From assembly GCF_964355755.1 (NCBI RefSeq), contig NC_092676.1, forward strand, positions 9,029,888 to 9,093,887: DNA of 64,000 nt, written 5' to 3'. This document shows positions 37,861 to 53,200 of this stretch, in pieces. The DNA is from Antedon mediterranea (taxonomy: Eukaryota > Animalia > Echinodermata). The stretch's first letter is position 1. The number at the start of each line of letters is the position of its first letter. The notes under the pieces were generated by a model. The model worked only from the letters and a program-made list of their open reading frames with translations, did no database searches and was not told where the DNA came from. Both the position numbers and the translations under genes were made by a program.

Positions 37861-39674
37861 TCACAAACTCAGAGGATTTACAATTCTGACTGTAATCGTT
37901 GAGTGTTATTTCTTCAATTAACGGCGCTGTTCCAATATTTAGCTCGTCTTTTTTTATTTCCTTTCATAATCATAGCTTAATTTTCTGAATAGATCAATAT
38001 TATCAGGAGTCGATGTTTCAAATGCAAGCCTATCAAAATGACTTCTAAGTTCATCATATGCAAAGCCATAAAAGCTAGAGTTTGTTATATCTAGAATGCT
38101 TGGAGCTTTTATATGACCATAGCTAGGCCACTGGTTTTCCATTGTTAGCTTTGTTTGAAATTGGGCGGAAAAAGCTTGTGTACTTACTTGAACAATAGAA
38201 AGCTGGTGCATCAATTGTTCTTGCTTGAGCCTAAGATCCTCAACATGAAAAAACACTTAATATCCTGCTTATAATATTGACTTTGACAATAAAAATTACA
38301 TCTCCATGTTGAGAAAACAACAGTTTAGACAATTTATCAGTCACTAGGTGGTAGAAAGTTGAAAACTATTTTATGGAGAAGATTTTTCAATAGCTTTTTT
38401 CAAGAGCTTCTTGGCTTGGCTAAGTCGAAACTGGTTTTAATTAATTAATTTTATCCTAAAAAAGTACAAGATTGCCCATATATTATTAGGCTATCTAGGA
38501 CCAGGTTCTTTCTATGAATATAGGCTAGGCTATATTTATATGTAACTCGGCGTTTACGCCAAAAAAACATGAGCCTGGTTTTTATTTAGTAGGCCTGGCC
38601 TAGTCGACAACATCATTCCCGCACTTTCATCGTTCATTTTATAAGTTGTCCGTCCTAAATAAGGGCCTAGCTAGGCTTACCTAGCCCATTAAGCCTAGCC
38701 TAAATTGTAGTCATCAGAAAGAGCACTAATAAAAAAAACAGATGCACAATAAGTAATCACAAACTCAGAGGATTTACAATTCCGACTGTAATCGTTGAGT
38801 GTTATTTCTTCAATTAACGGCGCTGTTTCAATATTTAGCTCGTCTTTTTTTATTTCCTTTCATAATCATAGCTTAATTTTCTGAATAGATCAATATTATC
38901 AGGAGTCGATGTTTCAAATGCAAGCCTATCAAAATGACTTCTAAGTTCATCATATGCAAAGCCATAAAAGCTAGAGTTTGTTATATCTAGAATGCTTGGA
39001 GCTTTTATATGACCATAGCTAGGCCACTGGTTTTCCATTGTTAGCTTTGTTTGAAATTTGGCGGAAAAAGCTTGTGTACTTACTTGAACAATAGAAAGCT
39101 GGTGTATCAATTGTTCTTGCTTGAGCCTAAGATCCTCAACATGAAAAAAACACTTAATATCCCGCTTATAATATTGACTTTGACAATAAAAATTACATCT
39201 CCATGTTGAGAAAACAACAGTTTAGACAATTTATCAGTCACTAGGTGGTAGAAAGTTGAAAACTAATTTATAGAGAAGATTTTTCAATAGCTTTTTTCAA
39301 GAGCTTCTTGGCTTGGCTAAGACTGTCGAAACTGGTTTTAATTAATTAATTTTATCCTAAAAAAGTACAAGATTGCCCATATATTATAGGCTATCTAGGA
39401 CCAGGTTCTTTCTATAAATATATGCTAGGCTATATTTATATGTAACTCGGCGTTTACGTCAAAAAAACATGAGCCTGGTTTTTATTTAGTAGGCCTAGCC
39501 TAGTCGACAACATCATTCCCGCACTTCCATCGTTCATTTTATAAGTAGTCCGTTCTAAATAAAAGGGCCTACCCTAGGCCTAGCTAGCTAGGCTTACCTG
39601 CCCATTAGGCCTAGCCTAAATTGTAGTCATCAGAAAGAGCACTAATCAAAAAACAGATACACAACAAGTAATCA
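37861..39674. repeat. 896-bp tandem repeat x2
   Basis: tcacaaactcagagg at 37861 and 38757. Confidence 0.95.
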
Positions 39675-40684
39675 ATGATATATCAATAATTTAACACACA
39701 AACAGAAAATGAAACCAACTTACAGTATGTTTAGAACGGGGCTAAGCTTGCAAACAAATACTGTGTAGGCCTACTACTCTCTCCGCGAGCGTAAACATTA
39801 TTTAATCCACATGTGTTCGGTCATAGAGAAAAGTTTACTTTCTATTGACTATGGTTCGGTACGGTCTGATGATTTTGAAGAGCGCCACCAATAATTTAGT
39901 AAGTGAGTCAAAAGGTTGATACGAAGAATTAATAATGTCATTGAATGATATAATAATTGCATAATAATAAAGTAATACTAATTATAATCGAATGAAGAAA
40001 TGATACATTTATTCTATAATATCATTCGTAATAAAAAATATTTACACAATTACGATTATTGACTCATTTAAAATCATGAACGACGCGAGTTGCGAACCTT
40101 TCAATTGATTTGATTAAAAATGACTATAGGAGGCTCCAAATATCTACGAAATATGTTATCCGAGATACAGAACAAAGAATTTGTAAACCAATTGAATATT
40201 TTTAATGACAGTAAATATGAAAATGTGTGTGTTTATTGGAGTGTGCATATCCATTCAACAGTATCGACTGTAAACATCGTGAGGTGGTTTCCACATTCGT
40301 ATGATCAAACGGTAGCCTACAGGGTATGATCAACTAGCGTTCGTGTTCCCACCTATAATCATCCATTCATAGAAGTACTGATGAAGATATCAATCTGTGG
40401 CAACAATAGAATGGACCCGAGACCTGGCTATCTTCGACTTTAAAATAATAGAAAGTTTTGAAAAATTTGTTTCTAGAAATGTACGTTGTATGATGTATAG
40501 GCCTATGTTTATTAAAAAATTGTTGTAGTTTTCTAAATTACATTGTACAAGTTGCGAAGAGAAAACTGTTATTTGATCGTAAGTTAACGTGTACATAAAG
40601 CAAAACTATCCATCCATAGGGTCATTTATCTTTTGCTAATTAATCTCCTCTTGCTTGATTGCACTCAAGCAACAATACTACAAT

Positions 40685-41539
40685 TGTAATAGCACAATGG
40701 AAGATTAAAAGATAAACTAAATCACACAGTACAGTCTAAATACTAAAACAACTAAAACAATTCAATACAAAACTTAATTTAAAGTATTAGATCAGGCATC
40801 AAGTCTGCCCAAAATAATGATAAAAGTATGCACATCACTCACCTAAAATAGAGAGCCAATATCCTCATTGAGTGCATGGAGGTATACCACCATGTTGAGT
40901 GTAATAAAAATAACTTCAAAACTTTAAGTGTACAAACTGTACAACGTGTAAATATCACAATCTTCTTTAACTTGAATTGTACTTTAAACTTAGTACTCTT
41001 TTAGTATACCGTATATAATATATATATATATGTCTTTCAGTACTTTCAAATAGGTTCTCGAACTCAACGTTGTTCGAAATGTAAAAGTATATAAAGTTGA
41101 AATTTAATTAAAGTTGGAGTGTCCAGCACGTCCGATGGCAAGAGGCAAAGAGAAAGAAATCTCCCAAAACATACCCTAATGTCATCCAAAATTGTCAAAC
41201 AAGGTTTACCCCTATTGGTCCATTCTTGTTACTAGGCAAAACTCAAGAGGGGTAAATTGACCGATTGGTCAATTCCCAAATTTAGGACCTCCCATTTAAA
41301 TAGATAAACATGTAAGAAGATTAAAACAGAACAAAGAGAATTCTTAAAAGGATTAATTAACAAAATGATTAAAACATATGCAGTTCCAAGGAAAAGCAAT
41401 ATAATGCAAACATCTTAATGCTATATTGATAAACAATCTTGCCCACCCACTGCACCCAGCTGCATTACATTGTAGGTACATTGGAAAATAATAAAAAGTA
41501 AAGGAAAAGAAAACATGTCTAAAACATGACAGGGTTACA
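40685..41539 (-). mobile_element. LTR plus PPT, second complete copy
   Basis: Near-identical to 21036-21891. Confidence 0.7.
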
Positions 41540-43607
41540 TCCTCCCCTAACTTAAATTGCTACCTCCAGGAGCAAAAACACAAAATATCAAACATTACAA
41601 GTAGAGTCACCAGTCAAAGTGGAAAAAAAAAGGATTAAAATCGTATCTGTTTAATTTATCTTGGTGAACAGGAAGTGTGATATAAACTCATTCTGCCTGG
41701 ACACAATTTCAGTAATATTCACAATAACTTTTTCGTTATTAAGTTGATTGCTATAGTCTTGAATTTTTTGAAGAATTATTATAGATTTTTTTGCAACAAA
41801 ATCTTTCCAGTAGTTCAAAAGTTATGATAAAATATCTAATTTTTCTGAGATATCCTTGTGGCTATTCTAATTATTACACATACCCCACTGCTCAAATGCA
41901 TGTTGGCTATTCCAAACTTGCTGGCTAGTCTGAAGATAGTACAGTTGGTAGGGATTCTCATAGAGATATTTTCACTATAATATATCTATGGCATTCTCAA
42001 TGTGTACACATAAGTAATTAAATAATTCCTTGCTGTTGGAAGTTTATTTTTAATATCAATAAAGTAAATAACAAAATAAAGAATTAGCTATAATTATAAC
42101 ACATTTAAAATGAATGCCTTTTATAATTAGTTACCTAAAGTAACTTTACTCCACTTTTTTTTACATATAATATAATAATTTATTTGGAAGCTACACTTTT
42201 GAAACAGTGGCACACTTCTTGAATGAAGGTGCATCCAGAGTAAGTAAAATAAATAAATATTATTTAACAATAGGCCTATTAGTACAAGAGTCAACTTATT
42301 TGACAAAAGAACGCATTTCAATTAGTCAATTTACATGTTGAAAAATAATCAAAATATTCATTAAGTACCTAAATATAATTAATAATTAATTTCACTTTAA
42401 TGTGTTTTTATTATTCTGTGCCTGCTAATTTTTTAGATAGACAATATAATGAACAAAGAACAGAATCCAATAAACATTAAAGGAAATGAACTAGGCCTAC
42501 AGACCTATTGTTAATTGTAGACTCCTATGAAAAGAAATTTGAAGAACAAAAGGCATAATGGGTGGAAACCATTATACAGAATATAATAGATGATATCAGT
42601 AATGTGTAAATGTACTGGTGGTGTAAAGAAAGGGTAAAACAAAAAGAGATATCTTTTGATTTGTTAAATCTAGGCCAGTAGGTAGGTAGGTCTGTTACCA
42701 TGTTTGTTTAAAACAATCGCAGGACAGACGATGGACTCGGACAGCCAGGCCCATAAATAAAATAGGGAGAGGCTTAGGCCATTCCTAGACCTAACCGCAA
42801 AATAATCAATTAAACTCTTAAAAATCAATCTAACCCCAATAAACTGAACTTAAATAATCTTTTCTATATCAGTAAAATTGTGCGTGAACTATAGTCAAAA
42901 CCCGCTAAAAACTGGGGCCTGTCGCGTTGCGCCCAATGTTGGTAGCAGGCTACTTATCCATGTGTGTATTATCGTTGACATTTTCGTTGGAGATTTTCAG
43001 TGTAGTTTTGAAAAGAAATGATGTTAGTCTTATACTAATACTAAATTAATTAGATTATTTTACGGAAAATATATTTTTATTAAAATTATAATTTTAATCG
43101 CAGAAAATAAATTTTGGAGAGTATAATATAAATAAAAAGCCTGATTGATAACAAAATAATTGCATCACCTTTTATTTTAACCTTGTGAAATGCGATTGTG
43201 TTTTGAAACTATAGGGTGGGTGTTTTCCAATGTTATTTTTAGTGCGCATATTTTGCTCACCACCGGCATCTGTGCTTATTTTTGAAATACTTAATAATAG
43301 ATAAAATACATTTTAATATATAATAATATAAAATATATATTATATAATATAATTTTATTTATATGAATTTTATTGCGTATTTATTTTAAAATATGCAAAT
43401 ATGCCTCAATTATTAGTGACAAAGGACAAGGAAGCCCGGGTCAAAAACATATTCACACGTCGTCCACGATAAACACATTTTAAATTTAAAACAAAACATA
43501 GTAATTATTGTAATTTTGAATTGGTATAGGTCACATCTTTAAAATATAAGTTTCCTAATAATTATCTTCTAATGATCATGAATTATTATTAAAATAAAAT
43601 ATACATA

Positions 43608-45679
43608 TGTCACATGTCGCCCTGCCAAACTAAACTTTATGAAAGGAGCTTTGCGCTGCGTGTGTAAACTCTCCAGAGTCAGGAGAGTTAGCCTGCTAAT
43701 AGTTAACATATGGTAAATCAGTTGCTTATACATATACAAGTTAAGCTTAGTACTTACAAAATAAGAACATATCAATAGCTTAAACAAACTCTCAACCAAA
43801 ACTGTAGTAACATAGCGAGAGCCAACAAAACGAACAAAAAACCCGCTCTGCTTACGCACGGTCTTTTATCACACAGTGTCACCTGTATTCCAATTACAGA
43901 ATGACTACGCAGCGCCCTCAATACTCAATTCATCACATTTACATTGGAAGAATAGGGATGGAGCTTTGCGTCCGCAAACTCTCCAGAGTCACGAGAGAGT
44001 TAGCCTGCTAAACTTTACATTGGGAGAATAGGAAATAGAGCTTTGCGTCCGTAAACTCTCCGGAGTCACGAGAGAGAGTTAGCCTGCTAAACTTTACCGG
44101 AAGGCGATTGTTTCGCCTGAACGGTTTTCTATTCAAAGCATACAGGCAAGCATTGCACTGGTAGGTGGGGGAAGACAACAGATAGAACAGCATTCCTGTT
44201 CTAAGATCTTGGCTCTTTAAGGAAATTAAATATACTTTTCTAACTTTCAAAATACGTTATATTTGATGGATTTTTACAAATCAAGGATAAATTTGTATGT
44301 TTTAAATACTTCTAAACACATTTATCTTGTTTAAAGTGATGAAATATGTTTCTGAAAAAAGTTAGGATATGCTGTAAAAACTTGTAGTAGGCCTACACAT
44401 GTTATCAGGGATGGGTTCAACAGACTGTGAAAGTTCAGTAATAGTAGGTTCAACAATAGGTTCAATAATAGGTTCAATATTAGGTTCAATAATAGGTTCA
44501 ATAATAGGAGTATCATTAGGTAAATCAATAATGGGACTTGGAAGAATCTCGGTATCTTCAAAACAAAGTTGAGAAACAGACACAGGCTCAGGGCAAGGTT
44601 GGAGGGATCATGGTGCGGAATCTAAACAAGATTGCGGGATGAGTAGAGGTTCAGAACAAGATTGCGGGATGAGTAGAGGTTCAGCACAAGCCACAGGAGA
44701 ATCAAGGATAGTGACAGAAAGTTTAGGACTGGGTACAGATGATACTGGGGAGTCAACTACAGCTGGCTCTACATCTGTTGCAACTTCACTTGCTTCTTTA
44801 ACATTACACTCACAAAAACTGGCGTGACTACAGACTCGATGCTCTCGTCAAAGGACGCATTTACAGGACTACTATCAGTGGAAACATTTCCAGCACTAAT
44901 ATGAGATATATAGCAGGAGTAGTTTCATGGACAAATTCTTGGGCATCTACATTCAGCGGAAAATGGGGTGAAATGGAAGAAACTGTAAACGTTTCTACAG
45001 GGAGTGTGACTGAGAAGTCTAATGGGGACTAGCATTGTAACCTCCTTCTCACTGGATTCACCACTGTCATCATGCTCGCTCTCAGTGACATGAACTTTTG
45101 CCTTAGACCGCGTAATAGGGCGGTTTATCTTCTGTTTAGTAGGTTTTGCTGGTGGATCTTCTTTGTTTAAATAGTCGATGGGCAGAAGTATGTTTCGATG
45201 TAGTGTTCGTAGGCCTACTCGACCACTATTTGATTCTGGCTTCACACGGAGTCCCACTGGTCAGCGAGTTTGTGTTTACCCTGTAGTCCCAGATTTCGAA
45301 TCAACACTCGATCACCTGGATGAAGATCATTGACTCGTACTTTCAAATCATGTCGAACTTTGTTCTTGCGTGCTGACTTCGCTGCCTCTTCAGATGCCAT
45401 TTGATAGGCAAGCGATAGTTGGTTTCTCAGATCGTTGACGTACTTTATGGGGTCAGCGTTACCAAATCCATCTGGGCTAATTCCAAACCGTAAGTCAACA
45501 GGAAGTCTCACCTCTCGTCCGAACATCAGAAAATAAGGTGAGAAACCTGTACTGTCATGCTTCATACAGTTGTAAGCATGAACCAAAGCACTGATATAGC
45601 GACTCCAGCTTTCCTTCTTCTCGCCTTCGAGTGTATACCTAACATATTCATTAAAGTTCGATTAAAGCGTTCAGGTTGT
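43608..45679 (-). mobile_element. Gypsy integrase remnant, unit 3
   Basis: Copy of 2279-4350 with an extra frameshift near 45025. Confidence 0.85.
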
Positions 45680-47251
45680 GCTAGATTAAACTCACTCACT
45701 CTCTTAACTATCTTTTAACTTCCCAGAGACGAGAAGTGTTTACACCTACTTGTTCATTCCTTGCAAGACATGCTTCCTGATGATGTCATCATCATGTCAA
45801 CCCAATCACCTGTGTCCTCCGCAAGTAAAAACGCACTTGATGAACTAGAAAAGGAAATAACTACAAAACTTAAAATTCTAACCGCTCACAAATTTGATGA
45901 CAAAGTGGAAGAAGTGAAAGATGATAAAGAAAAAAAAACAAAATCTGTAGAAGAGTGGAGGAAAGAGTTTAGACAAGACAAGAATATTTCTTACAAAAAA
46001 CGCTGCTTGCTTATTTTTATTGGTAAGGTCAAGTCTGGGGGGTCACTTCATCAAGCCTAGATACTTAGAGTATCCTATTACAAACAAAAACTTCAATGGA
46101 CTGTTTTGATAATAATTCAATGATTATCTGACAGTGAATTATAGTACCCATGTAATATCATGGGACTCATAAATACCAGAAATGCTTTGGGATTTGTTAT
46201 TAGACTCTTTTCCCAGCCGTTTTTTGGATTCAATACCTATAAATTATAGTCGAGTTTCCATTTTAACAAAAATGTCAAAGTGTAGTATTATACTGCTGCT
46301 TGATTTCATCTAATGAATGAGTTATCTCGTATGACGTAGCGGGCTAGAGCAGCAGCGTGAAAAAACTTAAAGAAGTGGAATCTTAATAAAAGTGATTGTT
46401 GCGAAAAGTGTTGTATAGAAATAGAAAGTGAAAAACATATGTTGTACACCTGTAACAGCATTCAATCAGATTTGAGGAAGTTCCGTAAACTGATCGTTAA
46501 ATGTATTCCGACTAATGAAACATTACGGTCAGGTTTCCCCGAGTGGTAAGACATAATTATAGGAACTCAGAACACGCTTGTTAATGAACTCATCTCTTTA
46601 TTTACATTTAGTATTTACAAATCTTGCATTATTTATAAAACAAGCAAACGGATTATCACTTGGAATTTATTTAAGATAGAACTATTTAAAAAAATTTAAT
46701 TAATAAAAGCAATATTATGTTCAAAATGTAAAACTATACAATTTTATAAAAGTATCCAAACAAAACATAATCTTATAATGCAATATACCATTTTATCATA
46801 TTTATTTATATTATATCGAATCTCTTTTTAATACTGAATATCAATCTTTATATCGTTTTAGCTCTGTAATATAAATTTTCTCTGTATACATGTTTGTTTT
46901 ATCTAGACTTCAACACAATTTCAAAATATTTTACATAATCTTCCTCTGTCTGTGTAATATCACTTAAATATTCATTGATAAATAGATAGATAGACAGACA
47001 TATATACTGTAACCTTCACCATATTGTTGTTTATCATTGCAATAAAAGTGGGTTGCCCCCACAAAAGAGAAAAAAAATATATATTGCTGAAATTAAGCCT
47101 CAATAAATAATATTGTTGAGAAGAGGAACACATTTATACAGTATATAATTATATCCCATTTTCATGCATAAAGCAATAGTATCTGCCTCTGAAGCACCAC
47201 CATCAAGATATTATTTTTTTTAAATATATCCCATGTATAAGCAATATAATG

Positions 47252-50200
47252 TTATCTATCTGCCTCTGACGTCTCCAAGCACCATGAACAAGCATTTTGG
47301 AACATCTTCATCCACGGTGACGCTTGTAATGTCTCCCGCCAATCTTGCGGCATCCATGGCCATTGCCACGTCAAAGTTGTACGCTCTGGATGAGGCATGA
47401 TCGCCAGATGACGGCCATCTGCGGAGCAAATTGCCGCTACGCCATTGGGTGAGCCATTGGGGTTCAACGGGTATTCAGTTGTCACTTCTCCTTTGTCATC
47501 GACAAAGCGCACTGGTGCAAGATTTTCAGACAGAACTGTGTCTTTTGTTTCTTTGTTAGAAAACTTCATGTGCCCTAGAGAGAAACAATTTGAGTTGAGT
47601 AAATTTAATAACATTTTTAGTTAAATTAAAATATAAGTTTGTACTAAGCATCCATCATTATCAAGAGGTATCAATATCTAACCTTCTCCATGCTGTGTCC
47701 AGACACCAAGCACAGAGCCTTCCATTCCTTTCAGCATTAAAGCAGGGCTTTCATTAATCTTTACAGCAACAAAACGAGACTCAAAACGCTCGGAAAGATT
47801 ATGAGCAAGATGGACTCCTTGCTGAGCTGATGCTGCGTCTAAAAGACAATAACAAATAATTCATAATAAACAGTCTGTCAACAAATGGATATCAAAAAGT
47901 AGTTAATATTTTCTTTTTACTTGTCAAAGAGGCATTACCTGCTTTACACCGGTGTCCTACTACCACTAAACTACTTACTAAATATACCTCATGATACCTT
48001 ACCTGTAGTAAGCTCCTTGGTGACATCTGGAGCAACCCAGCCTAGCAGGCCCATTAGTTGGCAGCCATTGCATACACCCAGTGAGAAAGTGTCTTTCCTT
48101 GCTCTAAATGCATCAAACTGAGCACGCACAGCTGGGTTGAACAAAATAGTTGCTGCCCAACCTAAAATGATTAATAAACATTATTTAAATAAACTAGAAT
48201 AAATATTTATTTAGGTTACTATCTGTCTAATACTAGTATAATACTTGGTTACTGCTCCAGCATGTATTTTTGCTATGCTACAAAAAGTGCAATCAGAAAA
48301 ATATACCTTTTGCAGAACCACAAACGTCTGCAAAACTGAAGCCACCAACAAAAACTACTCCACGGAATTGATCGAGGGTGACTTTCCCGCAAGCTAAATC
48401 TTGCATATTGACGTCCCATGTTTCAAAGCCAGCCATGTGTAGTGTTGAACTCATCTCTCGATCTCCATTACTGCCTTCCTCACGGATCACAGCAACCTTT
48501 GGTTTCATTCCATCTATGGAAGGCCAATTATGATTATGTATATGGTAACTAATGAGCCAAATTTAACTCGTATTACTTTAACAAATTAAAATTCAGAACA
48601 AGATAATCAATATTCCAAAATTGGTTCTAACCTTTAGAGCATCCCTTTTTAACAGAATTCAAATTTGTTGCAACGGGGTCAAAGGTTAATTTAAATGGTG
48701 GTGCTGTTCTATTTGCTAAATTGCGTTGCTCCACTTCAACACACTCTGGATTTGCTTGTAGTTTTTCCAGTTGAAAACTAGTCTCTTCCCACACGTCTCT
48801 AAGAACAGTCATCTTTTCATTCAAGACTTCTTTCTCATTTACCGAGATGACAACCTATAATTTACATGTAAAATATTCAGATTCATTCTAAAAACCATCA
48901 TAAATGATAAATGATCGTAAATAAATGTTCAAATATTGCTTCCATTTAAAAAAAAAAAAACTTACCATTGACCCTTGACCTGATCCACTAGAGTGACCAA
49001 TTAGAGAACAAGGGACATTATTGTCACTGAACTGTCTACAAATGTCCTCACTAGCATTAGCTGTTACTTCTAACACCAGCCCTACTTCTTCAGCAAACAG
49101 AATATCAATTGCAGTTACTGAAAATAAATATATAAAGTCTTACAATGTATTATTGCTTACCACAGGTTCTGGAACCATATGAAAGATTAAAATGACACTT
49201 TACAGATCCATTCGAGGCATTTATAGAGATAGCATAATGCTTACCATCAGGTTCGGAAAGTTTGACGTCAATACCACAATTCCCAGAAAACGCCATTTCT
49301 AATAATGTTGTTACAATACCGCCATCACTAATATCATGACCAGCTGATATTTTTCTATCTACAAAAGGATACAAAAGACAAAGTTGAATTCATATCTCTA
49401 AAGCTCTGTCTACACTATCAAACTTTATGTGATGTGATATGCCCATATATGGACATGATATCATATCACTACCATTTTTGGGCATTTCACTACCCTATTT
49501 AGGCGCATCACATTTTTTTGTCAAACTAGTTTCATAGTGTAGACAGCGCTTTATATTATAACTACAAGTAAATGAATTTATTGTAAACGTCTAATTAATA
49601 AGTCTATGAAAATGACTACCTTTGATAAGATTTTGCGTTGTGTTGAAAGCCCTTACAAACGTTTCCGGTTCATCGAGATCAGGCGAGGATTGTCCGAGTT
49701 GATTATAGCACTGAGCGAGGGCACTACCACCTAACCGGTTATGCCTTTTACCAAATGAAACCCAGAGCAAAGTCCCTGAAATAGAATATGTAAAGTCTTG
49801 TTTATAAATATATTATATTTTTTGTTTGTTTAGGTAGTTAATTTAATTGTACCTAACAAAATGTGCAATGTTATATTCACTTTACCTTTACTGTCTGGAC
49901 ATTTAAGGTCAGGGGTCACAGTTGCAGTAATATCTGGGCATGCCACATACACAGACACAACCAATGCACCTAAAAAATTGTAATTGATATTTCATTATTA
50001 GTAAGTAAATGGAGTAAAGAAGTGTATTAGTGTATTCAAGCTTAACTTATTAAAATAATTCACAAGATTGTACATCAGACACTATACTAGTTATTAACAA
50101 GCATGAAATGTCTAACCTGGAGCTTTGATCGTTTCAGAGCCTATCCTGGCAGCCATACTCAAAGAGTCCTTCCCACCATCCACAGCAACACCCAACTTGC

Positions 50201-53200
50201 CCATCACCTCGCACGCATCATACAATGCAGCACCCTCACCAGGAAGCTTCGCTGGCCACATCCAGTTACCGCTACATTTGACATCTTTAAGATCGGAGAC
50301 CCTAGCAAACACAAGATTGGTAAGGGCTTCTCCTACAGACATCCTGGCACCACAGCCAGGATCGACTAACCCTTTAATAGGCTGCTCTCCAATGGCTGTA
50401 GCTGAGCCTACAGTTTCAAAGTGGGAGAGTGCGATAACAGCAACATCAGCGAGTGGTGTGTGCAGGGGGCCTACACATTGCTGCTGGGCTATCAGGCCCG
50501 TGACAGCACGATCAACCTAACAGAAACAATATATCCTGGTTATACACTTTCCATATTCCTTCACACAAATAAATTATGCAATATTAAAGATAAACAGATC
50601 TTTACCTTATTAGTCAAAAATCTTTTACTGGCTACTGAAGGTAGACGCAGAACACGGTCGAGTGCACATCGGACAGTCAACCCATCAGGTAGTGTTAACT
50701 GCTTAAGTTTTGGTTTACATCGATCATACTTGAAAACCTGAGAGAAAAAAAAATATAATTCTATATAATTTTACAGACAGAAAGAGACACTATTATTATA
50801 ACACATAATTATTTTCAATGGTTATTTATGATGAAATCTGTGAGATTGAGAAAAAGTGACCTCAGCTGAGATTTGAACCTGGAATCTTCTGCTTGATATG
50901 CAGACATCCTACCATTACACCACTGATGCATTCATGGTATGGTTCAAACTTATTACCGACACTACTCTACTATCAAGTCTCCATCATACCTTTTGCGGCA
51001 TCTTCCCAAGAACCCATTCAAGTTGGAGATCAACTGGATAAGTAAGTGCTGTTCTTTTTATGCTTGGAGGTTCTGCATCACCCTTACCAGCTTCCACTTT
51101 CTTTTCCACCTCAAGACGAATCTGAAACAAAACAAAATATTTTTGTATTGCAAAACTCTTATGCACTCTATCTGTGCATGAAAAGGCATTCTTCAAAATT
51201 AGTAACACTGTAGTATTTAAATGTGTTTTTTCATACTTATCCCACAGTAAGCACAAACTTGCCAATTACAGGATGGATAAAATATTTTATAGTTTATCGT
51301 GCTTATAAACTAAGTTTTATTTCAGGCTTAGGGAGTGAAGTTGAAAGAGTCGTGAGTTACAAACCTTGACCTTGGAATTGGAAGGCAAGCATGTTAAACC
51401 ACCAAGCAACAGCTCCACTAAAAAAATTTAGAATAAAGTAGGTAAAAAAAATCATCCAAATATTACCTTCCCATCACCTGTAATGTCACCAACAAAAACA
51501 GCTGGACATTTCTCTCTGTCACAAATATCTTGAAGTTTTTCTTGATCCTCAGATCGTATTAGTATGGCATTGGACTCCTGGTATTCTGCACCCCATAGTT
51601 CTAAGGTGTTGATGGTTGGATCACCTAGTTGGAATTCCTTAGCTTTTATTAGAGCACCTGCAGGTTCACATATCTCCTTTAAAACATTACCTGTACACAA
51701 AAAAATGATTTAATTGGTCAGATGTTAGCCATAGTTTGACATAAAAATAAGTACATTTGTCTGACAAAGTGTCCCCTTAATAGGGATGTCCCAAATGAGG
51801 GGTGCTACTGTACTTAGTAAAATAATAAAAATAAGCACATTGCATGCAAACTCACCATTGCCTCCAGCTCCTTGATCATGTATACTACATATAGGGTTTG
51901 TATCAACCATCTCAATGCACGCCCTTATAACTCGGTTTAGTTTCTGTTCCATCTCCGCATCACCGCGCTGCACGGCTTCGAAGTCCAGTTTTTCTGTATT
52001 GTCACCTTGAACTTGAATGGAAGATGCAGCGCCCCCACCGACTCCGATGCGATAGATTGGTCCACCAAGTTTTACAATTTTCATTCCTGCATGGTAAACA
52101 ATTATTCATCAGTCAATAATTAGTTTTCAATGGAGAAATAAAAACAAAATATTTTATCAGGTTACTATAATCTTATTTTATATGACAGACATATAATATC
52201 TATGTGGAGACAACAATAATAAGAAGTACAGTATTTTTTATGGTGTTGTATTTAGTTTGTTTAACAAACCTTTTTCTGCTTCGTCTTTAGTCGCATGCAT
52301 ACTCTCAAGCATCCCAATACCCCCGCTGAACATAATGGGCTTGACCCACTCTCTTCTGTCGCTCTCAGAAAGCATCATGCCAAATGAACGAGAGAAACCG
52401 GTTAGAACGGGTTCACCAAACTTGTTGCCGTAGTCAGATGCACCGTTGCTGGCCTCTACAGCAACCGACAGAGCAGGCGCCATGTTGCTAGGATAAACCA
52501 TATTTTTGTCCTCCCATGGAAGGTCATACCCTGTTTAAACAAATGTTCAATCAATGATAATAAATAATTAATTACACTGAATATATAACATTTATAAAAA
52601 GCAAAATTATGTAATTAAGCAAGCAATTATGCCTGTTCACTGCATGCGTTACTTAATATCTTTCATCCCATACTCTATTTATACATATAAGTGCCAGTAA
52701 ATGAATATCTTTTAATTGTTGTTACTTTGCAAATCTTTGATAAGGTTTATCCTTTATATTTGTTATGTTTTATTTTCTGTTATATTTGTATTTATTTTGA
52801 TTTTTGAGCGAGTAAAGTCTGACATCAATTTTCATAAGGACTACAAAATCTAATTTTTAGATTTATATAATTTACCTGGAATGTTCAAATTTCCAAAACA
52901 GTAGCCTGCAGTGCCAGCCACTACATGTGCCCCCTTCCCTGCAGCCTGAACATCACGTATCCTACCCCCAGTACCAGTTGTAGCCCCTGGGAAAGGTGCA
53001 ACCCCAGTTGGAAAGTTATGGGTCTCTGCTGTGAAGATGATATGCCTGAGTGGTTCAGATTCCTCCATCACACTTGCTGACCCGGGATTGGCTGGTTTGA
53101 GAACTTTGACCTTATGGCCTTTGATTGCACTGAAAATCAAGTAAAGTCATCAAAGTGAGAAAAAACAGACAACATTTAAAGCTCCTACTGTCCCCAAATA

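Noticed and set aside
40120-40596. 69-aa and 68-aa ORFs (also 60831-61307)
   Set aside because: Disrupted in unit 1, AT-rich, and no recognisable domain.
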